DNA from: an uncultured Planctomycetales bacterium
Lineage (GTDB): Bacteria > Omnitrophota > Gorgyraeia > Zapsychrales > JANLHA01
Length of the DNA stretch: 64,000 bases
Assembly: GCA_964374105.1 (NCBI GenBank)
Contig: CAYJXI010000008.1
Coordinates: 2,589 to 66,588, forward strand
Reading direction: 5' to 3'
The notes beneath the pieces are model-generated. The model had not been told where the DNA came from and did no database searches. It was given only the letters and a program-made list of their open reading frames with translations. How positions within the stretch are numbered: the stretch's first letter is position 1; each line of letters opens with the position of its first letter. The translations under genes were made by a program, and so were the position numbers. Below are positions 29,131-38,051 of this stretch, one piece after another.

Positions 29131-30369
29131 TTAGAAATATCGCGTGATTTTATTTAATGTTTCAACGAGAAGTTTCGCCTCATCTTTTGTATTATAGAGA
29201 TATAAAGACACCCTCAAACTCGGAGGCAATTTATATTTTTTATACCAGGCATGACAACAGTGAACCCCGCTTCGTGTCATAATATTGTAAGTCTCATCGA
29301 GAATAATCGACAATTCTCCGGAATCCATGCCATCAATGGTTAAGTTTATTATACCAGCTCTTAATTTCGCATCTTGTGGCCCGAGCAGTTTAATTCTGGG
29401 AAGACCTTTGATTTCACTGCTAATGAACTCATTGAGTTCAGTTGAATGTTGCAGGATGTTTTGCATTCCAATGTTTTTTAAGTACTGGATGGCCGCCGTT
29501 ACCCCCAATGCCCCGGAATAATTCTGTAAACCAGCCTCGAATCGATCAGGTATTTTGGAAAGAATAAACGAACGATAGTCTACATCGTCAACAGTTTCCC
29601 CACCTATAAGAAAAGGAGTCATTTCTTCAAGGAGATGTTTTTTAGCATAGAGACACCCCATGCCGGAGGGTCCCAGCATTTTATGAAATGAAAAAACAAG
29701 GAAATCAACATCGAGTTTCTGAACATCTAGCGATTGATGCGCAATGCTTTGTGCAGCATCAAGGAGGACCAAAGCCCCGTGTTCATGGGAGCAGTTGATG
29801 ATTTCTTCAATAGGGAGAGTGTATCCCGTAACGTGGGATGTGTGAAAAACACTGACGAGCCTCACTCCCGAACTCAATGCTGTTTTAAATTTTTGCATGT
29901 CAAAAGTAAAATCCGGTGAAAGTGTAAATGTTTTGTACTGCACTCCTATTCTTCTGGTTAATATTTGCCATGGCAAATTGTTGGAATTGTGTTCCATATC
30001 GGTGGTGAGAATGCAATCGCCGTTCTTAAAGGGAAAACTATGAGCAACAATATTAATGGAATCTGTTGCGTTTTTTGTGAAAACGATCTCCTGGGCATCC
30101 TTGGCGTGGATAAATTGACGTACCATCTCTTTTGCCTTGAGGTAAGCATCGGTTGTCAGCTTGCCGAATTTATGTATGGCCCGTTTGTGGCAACTGGGAT
30201 GCGCCGTATAATATCTGTTCATTGCTTCGATGACCTGCTGCGGTCTTAAAGTCACACAGGCATTATCAAAATATATCGGTCTTTTCCCATTGATCGATTG
30301 ATATAAGGATGGGAAATCGTTTCTTATTTGTTCGATACTCACAGGCATTAGTTCGATACTAATAGGCAT
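29131..30369 (-). CDS. Class V aminotransferase, cysteine desulfurase (SufS/CsdA-like)
   Basis: FSFHKMLGPSGMGCLYAKK (PLP-Lys motif of NifS/SufS) and RSGVHCCHAW (catalytic Cys loop). The start is taken as the ATG at 30369 (MPISIELMPVSIEQIRNDFPSL, the usual family N-terminus) rather than the ORF-track start at 30525, which would overlap the neighbouring small ORF. Confidence 0.7.
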   Translation of the reverse strand: MPISIELMPVSIEQIRNDFPSLYQSINGKRPIYFDNACVTLRPQQVIEAMNRYYTAHPSCHKRAIHKFGKLTTDAYLKAKEMVRQFIHAKDAQEIVFTKNATDSINIVAHSFPFKNGDCILTTDMEHNSNNLPWQILTRRIGVQYKTFTLSPDFTFDMQKFKTALSSGVRLVSVFHTSHVTGYTLPIEEIINCSHEHGALVLLDAAQSIAHQSLDVQKLDVDFLVFSFHKMLGPSGMGCLYAKKHLLEEMTPFLIGGETVDDVDYRSFILSKIPDRFEAGLQNYSGALGVTAAIQYLKNIGMQNILQHSTELNEFISSEIKGLPRIKLLGPQDAKLRAGIINLTIDGMDSGELSIILDETYNIMTRSGVHCCHAWYKKYKLPPSLRVSLYLYNTKDEAKLLVETLNKITRYF

Positions 30370-30376
30370 GTGAAGT

Positions 30377-30742
30377 TTAAGATAGCAACAAACAGATTGG
30401 AAGTAGAAAGACTGCCCACAAAAAGAGTAAGAATAAGAAATTAAAATTTTTGTAAGCGACCCCGGAAATTCTTGCGAAATACGGCAACAGGTAGCCGGCG
30501 ACCTTGCACCGAATTTTAGGAACAATCGGCGTCATGTGGATCAGACGCAAATTGATCCGAACAATTAACTTAATGAGTTCACAGATTTTTTTTAGCGGCT
30601 TGATTATTTTGCTTAAGGGGATCAAGATAAAAAGAAACAGACTGCCTATGATGATCATAGGCATGGAGAGTGTTATCAGTCCAACCAAATTGGGTTCATT
30701 TTCTTTGAAATGGTAACCACAACAACCGGTCTCAAAAGACAT
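30377..30742 (-). CDS. Small (121 aa) two-TM membrane protein of unknown function, fitting exactly between the PP-loop and desulfurase genes
   Basis: The ORF fills the gap with 4-nt and 8-nt spacers to its neighbours. It has hydrophobic helices and an N-terminal CCGYHF. Confidence 0.4.
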   Translation of the reverse strand: MSFETGCCGYHFKENEPNLVGLITLSMPMIIIGSLFLFILIPLSKIIKPLKKICELIKLIVRINLRLIHMTPIVPKIRCKVAGYLLPYFARISGVAYKNFNFLFLLFLWAVFLLPICLLLS

Positions 30743-30746
30743 CTCT

Positions 30747-31595
30747 TTACCTTTCGATCAGTTTATAAAAACGGCTATGCTTTCTTTTTTGCACATAATC
30801 CTCTAAAGTATTTGTCAGATGAGATATTTTATCTTTGTAAAGTTTAACATTGGCCTTAACATATTCCTCATAAGAGTGATCGTATAAATAATACCACTTA
30901 ATAAATATATTAAACAGAATAAACTGAAAACAACGAGGCTGCATTCTACGGTCTAATTCAGTTCCTTTAACATTTTCAGACGGCATCAGGCCAAGTTCAT
31001 GCAATTGACAACCCGTCGTCCTCGCTTTTGTTTTCATGCTTGGTTTTTGAGGATCCTTTTCCTTTAAGATTGATTCTAAATGAAAACGATCAGCAAAGCC
31101 GATATTCTTGGGCGGGTCATAGTTGAAGACAGGGTTGTTATAGTTAATACCAAATTTGGCATACAATTTTTTTAGTTCATCAATGACGGTTGATATTTGT
31201 TCTGGGAATAAATACATGCCTTGGTTAGCCCCATCGGACACATTGCCGATATTATGATCCAAACAGAATATCAAAGTTCGGATATGCATGGCCAGTTTGC
31301 ATAATCCGCAAATAGAGAGTAAGAAAAAGCCGTGATGTCGCAAGTTATAAAGGTAACGTTCATAAAAAACATATTCGGTGAGTTTATCTATTATGACAAT
31401 GTGGGAGATAAACTTATCTTCACCGAATTTATCTTTCAATTTTTGGACGTTGAGTTGGCTGTTATTGACAGAAAATAATCCGAAACGCTTATATGTGAGA
31501 AGATGGACTTTGTCAAACTTTTTGGCTTCCAATGCCGCGGCTAAGGTTGAGTCCGTGCCTCCCGAAAACATCACAACTGTTTCATTATTGTTCAT
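30747..31595 (-). CDS. PP-loop ATP pyrophosphatase (adenine-nucleotide alpha-hydrolase superfamily), TtcA/TtuA/LarE-like candidate sulfurtransferase
   Basis: N-terminal VVMFSGGTDST PP-loop. A CGLCK motif about 80 residues downstream plus a further Cys, as in Fe-S dependent thiolases. Confidence 0.5.
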   Translation of the reverse strand: MNNNETVVMFSGGTDSTLAAALEAKKFDKVHLLTYKRFGLFSVNNSQLNVQKLKDKFGEDKFISHIVIIDKLTEYVFYERYLYNLRHHGFFLLSICGLCKLAMHIRTLIFCLDHNIGNVSDGANQGMYLFPEQISTVIDELKKLYAKFGINYNNPVFNYDPPKNIGFADRFHLESILKEKDPQKPSMKTKARTTGCQLHELGLMPSENVKGTELDRRMQPRCFQFILFNIFIKWYYLYDHSYEEYVKANVKLYKDKISHLTNTLEDYVQKRKHSRFYKLIER

Positions 31596-31599
31596 GATA

Positions 31600-31785
31600 T
31601 TAATTTTCTAGTTGTGTTTTTTGTGCCTTTTGAAGTTCATTAATAATGAATTTTAGAAGGACAATATAGCTCAAATAGAAAAATTGCGTGATCCAGCCTA
31701 ACAGCTCAATATAAAGACATCGCAAGCGCCAGGGCAATATAAGACCGAGGCTCAAGAGGAAGAAGGCCATTATTTTTTTAAACAT
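31600..31785 (-). CDS. Small hydrophobic ORF (61 aa), possible membrane peptide, translationally coupled to the PP-loop gene
   Basis: Stop lies 4 nt before the downstream start. Support is weak. Confidence 0.25.
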   Translation of the reverse strand: MFKKIMAFFLLSLGLILPWRLRCLYIELLGWITQFFYLSYIVLLKFIINELQKAQKTQLEN

Positions 31786-31851
31786 AATTTGTCACTTGTT
31801 GAAAATATGCTTTTGTTTAACAGTTTTTTGAACCGAAATGGTTAGGAGATT

Positions 31852-33333
31852 TCAGGATGTTTTTCCTAGGCTTAAGTTCTTTCCATTCCCATCCCTCTGT
31901 AAATTTTGTATCAAATAAGCTTGTAACATCAATCCTGCAGCATTCAAAATATTCTTCAGATAATTGAATTTACTGGGATATTTCCAAAATCCTCTCATCA
32001 TTCTTTTGGGGTTTAAATAAAATTTGCTTTGGGCCTTAAAGATTATTTTATTAAGTTCACCAGAAGAGACTTTGGCCATAGAACGTTTCACGGAATAGTA
32101 GCTTATGTCTTGAAAATCCAAATTTAACGCCCCACCTTTTTTATCCCCGTTTAATTTGTTTTGGTAAATATCAAGAATGTCATTGTATTCTGTAGCTTTA
32201 AAAAAGGAGGCAATATCTAGATCAGAGTCAACGGCGAAATCAATGGTTTGGTTCATTTCTTCCTCGGTCTCTGTGGCAAAGCCCAGCATAAAATAGCCTC
32301 CTGTCAGGATGCCTGTCTTTGCCGTTTTGCGAATGACTTCCCTGACAAGGGGGAGGTTAAGATTTTTCTTGATCAACTTTTGGATGCGCGGGGATCCGGA
32401 TTCAACGCCATAGACCAATTTGTAAGTTCCCGCCTCCTTTAACAAGCGTATCAAATCATCGGTCATGATGTCCGCACGGATACCGTGTGGAAAGGCAAGA
32501 CTGATTTTGATATCGGAATCTATGATGGCCTGACAGATATCTTTTGCGCGTTGATTATGATAATTAAAGACTGCATCAAAGATATGAATTTCTTTAGCCT
32601 TATATTTATCCTGCAGGAACTTGATTTCCGCTATGACATTTTGCGGTGATCGAGCCCGGAATTGTTTGTCATATGTCTCCAGACAAAATGTGCATGGGAA
32701 AGGGCAGCCTCGGGAGGTCAGAAGGGGAAGATAAAAACTTTCTTTGAGGGCCCCGTTCCAATTTGCGTATCGGGCGTATGCTTTAACATCGATCAAATCC
32801 CAGCTTGACGATGAAATAGAGATATCATCCAAATCGTTGGGTAAAATACGTTCTTTCGTTGTTATCATTGTTTCATCAATTTTATAGATAAGGCCATTGA
32901 CCTTAGAGCAATCTAATTGATTTTCTAATGAGGATAAAAGTTCTTTAACGGTTAATTCCGGCTCTCCTATAATGACAAAATCAATATTCGTATCCGTTGC
33001 CAAATATGTTTTGGCTAAAGTGGCCAGCTGCCCAAAGACAATAACTTTTGTATCTTCGTTATAATCTTTTGCTAGGGAAGCAATTGTGTGCACAGGCTCC
33101 GCCTCCCAAGCCATGGCATACAGTAATATAAATTTCGGATTTAACGATTCAATTTCCTGCTTAATATCCAATTCCGAGAGGTTCCCGATTCCCATATCGG
33201 TAATTTTAAGGGAATAGTAATCCCCAAATTCCTTTTCAATTTGGGATGCGACATAAAGCAGTTCCAGCGGGGGAATCGGTCCACCGATGCCAACAGGTAT
33301 ATATGTTCTAACTAATAAAATGTTGTTATCCAT
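31852..33333 (-). CDS. B12-binding (class B) radical SAM protein
   Basis: SRGCPFPCTFC motif and N-terminal B12-domain pattern. Confidence 0.75.
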   Translation of the reverse strand: MDNNILLVRTYIPVGIGGPIPPLELLYVASQIEKEFGDYYSLKITDMGIGNLSELDIKQEIESLNPKFILLYAMAWEAEPVHTIASLAKDYNEDTKVIVFGQLATLAKTYLATDTNIDFVIIGEPELTVKELLSSLENQLDCSKVNGLIYKIDETMITTKERILPNDLDDISISSSSWDLIDVKAYARYANWNGALKESFYLPLLTSRGCPFPCTFCLETYDKQFRARSPQNVIAEIKFLQDKYKAKEIHIFDAVFNYHNQRAKDICQAIIDSDIKISLAFPHGIRADIMTDDLIRLLKEAGTYKLVYGVESGSPRIQKLIKKNLNLPLVREVIRKTAKTGILTGGYFMLGFATETEEEMNQTIDFAVDSDLDIASFFKATEYNDILDIYQNKLNGDKKGGALNLDFQDISYYSVKRSMAKVSSGELNKIIFKAQSKFYLNPKRMMRGFWKYPSKFNYLKNILNAAGLMLQAYLIQNLQRDGNGKNLSLGKTS

Positions 33334-33349
33334 CGTTATTCATGCTCAA

Positions 33350-33574
33350 TTAAAATAAAGCATAAATGGCCGGCAGAATCGACTGACTGCCGCTTAAATT
33401 AACAAACAAACTCAAGAAAGCAAGTAGGATGAGTAAGGGAAGGAGCCACCATTTTTTGCTCTGCATAATAAGAATGAATAGATAAGTCAATACTTCCCAA
33501 TTGCTCTTGATCCGACTTTTTTTGGACTTAGTCGGATTTTTATTTTTTTGAGCATCCGCTTCATCCGCTTTCAT
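33350..33574 (-). CDS. DUF5989-like small membrane protein
   Basis: KKWWLLPLLILLAFLSLF...PAIYALF matches the remembered DUF5989 signature (KKWWL.P..., C-terminal ...IYTLF). Confidence 0.5.
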   Translation of the reverse strand: MKADEADAQKNKNPTKSKKSRIKSNWEVLTYLFILIMQSKKWWLLPLLILLAFLSLFVNLSGSQSILPAIYALF

Positions 33575-35235
33575 AGGTTAACGGCCCTTTCTTTAACTAG
33601 GACTTTATAAATGTCATCTGCCATAATACGATGGCCCTCTTTAGTGCAATGGTCGAAGTCTGAGAAGAATTTATCTTTTTCTTGCGGAGGGAATTTATTA
33701 AATACCGCATAATTATCAACAAAGGACACGCCATTTTTATTGGCAACATTCTCTAAAACTTTATTGGCTGAGTGATAGGCATAAGGGTAGTTCTGGATGA
33801 TTAAATTGATATTATTCATTCTGCACAACTGCACTATTCTTTCTAAATCATTTTCTAGCCAGGCATCAATTTCTTTTTCCATTTGTACTCTATTTTTAAA
33901 AAAGAAAACATAATTTCGAAACTCCTCGTTTTCTCTAAGGGTTGGATTTTCTTTTTCCAGCTTGGAAAAGAATGCCATAATATCATCGGCATCATACTGG
34001 CTTTGAAATTCATAGGCTTTGAGCAGGGCATAATAATTATCGAACTCGCCTGGATACAAACCGATAACATTTATGAACATCCCGACAGCTTCATCAAATT
34101 GACCTAATTGCATATAAATCCAGGCTAATTCGGTATAGGTATACGGTTTTGGATTCAATTCCAGTGACTTTTTGTACCATGTGGCTGCCTCCTTGTATCG
34201 GCCGAGTTTCTCATTGTAGCTGGCCATAGCATCATAAATAAGGTCTTGAGCCGTATTGAATTCGAGTGCCTTTTTGAATAATTTTTCCGCCTCTTCAAAT
34301 CTCTCCCGCATGATATAGGATTTGGCTAATCTTACATAAGCCCAGATACGATAAGGCTGATCGGTAATTAATTTGTGATATAAGTCTTCCGCATCATTGT
34401 ATCTTCCTTGTTTTTGGTAGTTTTCTCCTAAAGCCATATATGCATTTTCAGTTCCTATGTTATTGGTGATCATCTTGTTATACAATGATTCCGCCTCTTC
34501 ATATTTACCCTGTTCGTTATAACATTCTGCCAGTTGATAATATGTTTCAATCCTGTCGGGGTTTGAAATTATTTCTTTTTGATATTTTTCTTCTAAATTT
34601 TTATCACAAAAATCCACCTTCCCTGTGAAATCTCCCGTTTTATTGTAAGCATAATCATATTTTGCTTTAAGCCGTTCTTTGGCGCTCTTTTGGGCTTGTT
34701 TTTGGAGTATTCTTCCCTTTAAATTGACCATAAGAATGCTAGCAACTTTAAATAAGCGTAAATGAGAGAGGATATTCCCTCCCTTATTTTGATGATAACC
34801 GGCTGGGTTGAATCGGTTAGCCGATCCCACCAGAAGTATAACCGTATCTACACTGTAAGTCTTAATCAGTTTAGATAAATAGGAGAGGGCTTGTGTGGAA
34901 TTGGCCTCACAAATGCCACCGTTAATAACGGTGTATTCTTGTGGATAATTTTTTGAAAACAATTTCTGTAATTGACTGGGATAATTTTCCTCCCATTTCC
35001 CGCTTCCTCCCACCGTATAGGAGTCTCCTAAAGTTAAGATTGTGTTTGGGGTGTTATCGGTTAATTTATTTTGACCTTCGGAAAGCAATTGATGTAAATA
35101 AACATATCCCCCGAGCCTCAACCCGCCTTCTAACAATATGAGAAAAAAGAAGAGGCTAGCCAAACTGATACACAAGCGTGTTTTTAAATTGAGTTTATTC
35201 ATCTTCCAATTTGGATTTTGCCAATTGTATTCCAT
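33571..35235 (-). CDS. Membrane-anchored SGNH/GDSL-family hydrolase with an internal TPR-repeat insertion
   Basis: SGNH block I LGDSYTVGG, block II NGG, block III GSAN, block V DFDH. 5-6 TPR units (YYQLAECYNEQGKYEEAESLY...) lie between blocks III and V. Confidence 0.6.
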   Translation of the reverse strand: MEYNWQNPNWKMNKLNLKTRLCISLASLFFFLILLEGGLRLGGYVYLHQLLSEGQNKLTDNTPNTILTLGDSYTVGGSGKWEENYPSQLQKLFSKNYPQEYTVINGGICEANSTQALSYLSKLIKTYSVDTVILLVGSANRFNPAGYHQNKGGNILSHLRLFKVASILMVNLKGRILQKQAQKSAKERLKAKYDYAYNKTGDFTGKVDFCDKNLEEKYQKEIISNPDRIETYYQLAECYNEQGKYEEAESLYNKMITNNIGTENAYMALGENYQKQGRYNDAEDLYHKLITDQPYRIWAYVRLAKSYIMRERFEEAEKLFKKALEFNTAQDLIYDAMASYNEKLGRYKEAATWYKKSLELNPKPYTYTELAWIYMQLGQFDEAVGMFINVIGLYPGEFDNYYALLKAYEFQSQYDADDIMAFFSKLEKENPTLRENEEFRNYVFFFKNRVQMEKEIDAWLENDLERIVQLCRMNNINLIIQNYPYAYHSANKVLENVANKNGVSFVDNYAVFNKFPPQEKDKFFSDFDHCTKEGHRIMADDIYKVLVKERAVNL

Positions 35236-36511
35236 CGATAAGGCCGTTGCCGATAAGGGCCTTATATATCTCTTGGCTGATAATGGTATGCCCTAAGGGG
35301 TTGGGATGTATAGTATCATGCTGAGAGTCTAAGAAAAGCGATTTATTATTCTCTTTTGCATATTGATTAAAAGCAGAAACCATATCAACCATTACTACTT
35401 GTTCTTCTTTGGCAACCCTTTCCATAATTTCGTTGTAATCTTTACCAAGATATCCGCACTCATAGAGTTCCATCTTTATGGCTTGCTTAAAATTATCATG
35501 GGCCTGTTTACCGTCACCGATCTGCTCATAGTATTTTCCTAACAAATAATATGCTTTACTTGAAAAGGGATCCAGAACGATCGCATCTTTAAGTTTTTCG
35601 ATGGCTTTCCCAAATTTTTTTTCTTTGGCCAGGGCAAGGGCATCGGCCAGATAGCTGTCTAGTTTTGAATGCGAAGACTCAGAGACATTTTTTTTAGAGG
35701 GCAAATTGACTGGCATTTTAAGAAAAACGACTTTAATCCCATTTTGTCTTGCTATATGAATAATCGATTTTAGGTTCTCTTTGTAATCGTCGATGGGGAC
35801 TCTTCTTGTCTCTATGTATTGATATTTACCAATCGTACCAAAATATTGTACGGCTGCCGACTGGAATTGAGTCACGGTTTTTCTTAAAAGATTGACCAGA
35901 TGGCTTCTATCCAATAAGTTTTCGATATTTGTTAATATTTTGCTTTTTGATTTCAATTCTTTATCAGTTTTTCCATCACTTCTAAAAAAACGATGTTTAT
36001 CCACATCATTAATGACATAGGGGACGGTGATAATATCTGGAGAAAGTCTTAGGATTTTATTCTTAAGAAACTGCAACCCTTGATGGGAACTGTACCCTAT
36101 GACACCGGCATTAATGACTTCGACATCTTTTGACTGGGGAGCATTTTTCTTAAGGAGTTGATCCAATTGATAGGCATAGGTCTGTTCTTCTTTGACTCCC
36201 CAGCCAAATGTCGGTGATGCGCCAAGACAAACGATCCTCGTTGTATTTTCATTCGTTTTGCGTGGGATTGCTTTGTTACGCAATCCAAGGCTGTTTGTTC
36301 TGACCCTGGCTCCTTCAAAGACGGTATTTAAATCTGCCCTTTGTTTCCATAGGAGGTCTGCGTCCTGTTCTAGCATAGCCAATATACGTTCGAGTCGATT
36401 GGGGGGAGGGGAGAATAACCTTGCTAATCCCTCTATTGACAGCAATAGAAAACAGAGAAAAGTCAGGGCTGCTATTTGTCCACAATATTCTTTTACTTTT
36501 ACGTTCGCCAT
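35195..36511 (-). CDS. Paralogous membrane-anchored SGNH-like hydrolase with TPR insertion (block I GASPT, Asp replaced by Ala)
   Basis: IVCLGASPTFGWG, NAGVIGYSS, YVINDVD and DTIHPNPLGH, with about 2 TPRs between them. Confidence 0.55.
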   Translation of the reverse strand: MANVKVKEYCGQIAALTFLCFLLLSIEGLARLFSPPPNRLERILAMLEQDADLLWKQRADLNTVFEGARVRTNSLGLRNKAIPRKTNENTTRIVCLGASPTFGWGVKEEQTYAYQLDQLLKKNAPQSKDVEVINAGVIGYSSHQGLQFLKNKILRLSPDIITVPYVINDVDKHRFFRSDGKTDKELKSKSKILTNIENLLDRSHLVNLLRKTVTQFQSAAVQYFGTIGKYQYIETRRVPIDDYKENLKSIIHIARQNGIKVVFLKMPVNLPSKKNVSESSHSKLDSYLADALALAKEKKFGKAIEKLKDAIVLDPFSSKAYYLLGKYYEQIGDGKQAHDNFKQAIKMELYECGYLGKDYNEIMERVAKEEQVVMVDMVSAFNQYAKENNKSLFLDSQHDTIHPNPLGHTIISQEIYKALIGNGLIDGIQLAKSKLEDE

Positions 36512-36518
36512 GTCTTTA

Positions 36519-37709
36519 TCACAATGACCGGTATTTCTGATTCCGTAAGATTGATTCGCTTTTGATCTGGCCTTCTTGAGAAGTCAGGATTTTATAAAGC
36601 GCGACAATGACCCCTGTTCTGACATCTACGCTGGTATCGTAGAGTCCTTTTTCAAGATAAGGGAGAGCCACTTTGTCTTTTCTTTCCCCCAAAGCCCAAG
36701 CGGCTATTTCTCTGACCGTGCTGTTCTCGTCGTTAAGCAGCACCTCTCCCAAAATCGATACCAGGGGGAACTCCTTAAAGTTGTTCAAATCTTCAATGGC
36801 GCTCTCTCTGATCTCCCAATTTTTTTCTTTTAAAAAATTCAGTAAAAAGGGATAAACGTACTCGAGCTCGTCTAAATGGCACAAGGCTTTAGCGGCCTCG
36901 GATTTGAGTTCTATCTCATTGCCATTAGCTACAACATTTTTTAAATATAAAAGGCTGTCCTTATCCTCATTTTTAGCAAGTAGGCAGGCAAGCCAGACTT
37001 TAACATAGGGGTCCATCTCGTTTTTCATAACCTGTTTGAGGGTTAAATTATCTAAGGCGATATTGAAAATGTGCAATAGATTTACTAAATGATACCTGGC
37101 TTCGGGGTTAGCATCTTTTAACAAGGAGTCGTTAATAAATTCCAGCTTTTTTTTATCGCCTAATTTTGCCATAGCAGCGGCGATTGTGATTTTATTGAGC
37201 TTATCTTTCTCCTGAAAAAATGCGTTTCCCAGTTCCGGGGTTGTTGATTCATCTCCCAGTTCACCACAACCAAAAGCGGCTTTTCTTCTGATCAAGGTGT
37301 CTTCATCGTTTAATAGCTTAAGCAGGTAAGGAACAGAGGATTTATTTTGAGTGAGTAGCATCCCTTCAACGGCTCCGAGTCTTACCACAGGTGTTTTTTC
37401 CTCAATAATGACCTTCCAGAGCTTCTTTAGAATCACGGGATCACCCAATTCCCCCATGGCTTCAGCGATATTGAATCTGGGCATCACGTCATGATGATTC
37501 AGTTGCATCAATAGAATTTTTCTAAGAAGGTCTGGCTGATGCGTTTTGTATTGATTAAGCAAATCGCGGTATTTAAAAACAGCCTCATCTTGATCATAAG
37601 TACGATTCTCAGCTGCGTGTATGGGACAAATTAACAAGAAAACAATGTTAAAAAATAGAAACGATAATAAAGAGATGGTTTTGCCTTTTTTGAAGTCAAG
37701 TGTTGTCAT
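36519..37709 (-). CDS. Secreted or periplasmic HEAT / PBS-lyase-repeat protein
   Basis: N-terminal signal-like hydrophobic segment, then about 9 repeats of the type VRLGAVEGM...IRRKAAFGCGELGD...VREIAAWALGE. Confidence 0.6.
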   Translation of the reverse strand: MTTLDFKKGKTISLLSFLFFNIVFLLICPIHAAENRTYDQDEAVFKYRDLLNQYKTHQPDLLRKILLMQLNHHDVMPRFNIAEAMGELGDPVILKKLWKVIIEEKTPVVRLGAVEGMLLTQNKSSVPYLLKLLNDEDTLIRRKAAFGCGELGDESTTPELGNAFFQEKDKLNKITIAAAMAKLGDKKKLEFINDSLLKDANPEARYHLVNLLHIFNIALDNLTLKQVMKNEMDPYVKVWLACLLAKNEDKDSLLYLKNVVANGNEIELKSEAAKALCHLDELEYVYPFLLNFLKEKNWEIRESAIEDLNNFKEFPLVSILGEVLLNDENSTVREIAAWALGERKDKVALPYLEKGLYDTSVDVRTGVIVALYKILTSQEGQIKSESILRNQKYRSL

Positions 37710-37828
37710 GTCAAACCTGAACTTAGATATTCAATAGAGGTCCCTTGCAGTAGAATTCGAGAAGAGGCGTGTCAGTACCAATGAGATAAATATTTTTTCA
37801 TTAACGAGGCCAGCGTGAAGTATTCCGA

Positions 37829-37856
37829 TTGACAGTATTTTAGTATAAGTTAAAAT
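37829..37856 (+). promoter_or_regulatory. Candidate promoter TTGACA-N16-TAAAAT upstream of the 38052 gene
   Basis: Consensus -35 hexamer read directly. The -10 matches 5 of 6. Confidence 0.3.
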
Positions 37857-37916
37857 AAGTCACAAGATAAAAATTAACCTACTGAATTAATATGTATAGA
37901 AATATTCATTATTAGA

Positions 37917-38035
37917 TTCCCCCGCCTTCACAGGCGGGGAACTTACTGTCTCAAGCGCTGTTGGCGCTAATCGTTGTCCAGAAATTTCATTTCTGGAATT
38001 TGCTCTCATCCCCGCCTTAAATAAAGGCGGGGAAT
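37917..38035 (+). repeat. Four consecutive hairpins in the leader/intergenic region, including two related GC-rich palindromes CCCCGCCTT-N4/5-AAGGCGGGG 91 bp apart
   Basis: Hairpins at 37917-37941, 37954-37968, 37978-37996 and 38008-38035, all read as perfect or near-perfect inverted repeats. Confidence 0.55.
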
Positions 38036-38051
38036 TCTCGCTGAGATTAAA

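Noticed and set aside
37917-38035. Possible CRISPR array suggested by two similar GC-rich palindromic repeats
   Set aside because: Only two copies, 91 bp apart, each itself a hairpin. There are no further repeats and no cas genes in the window.
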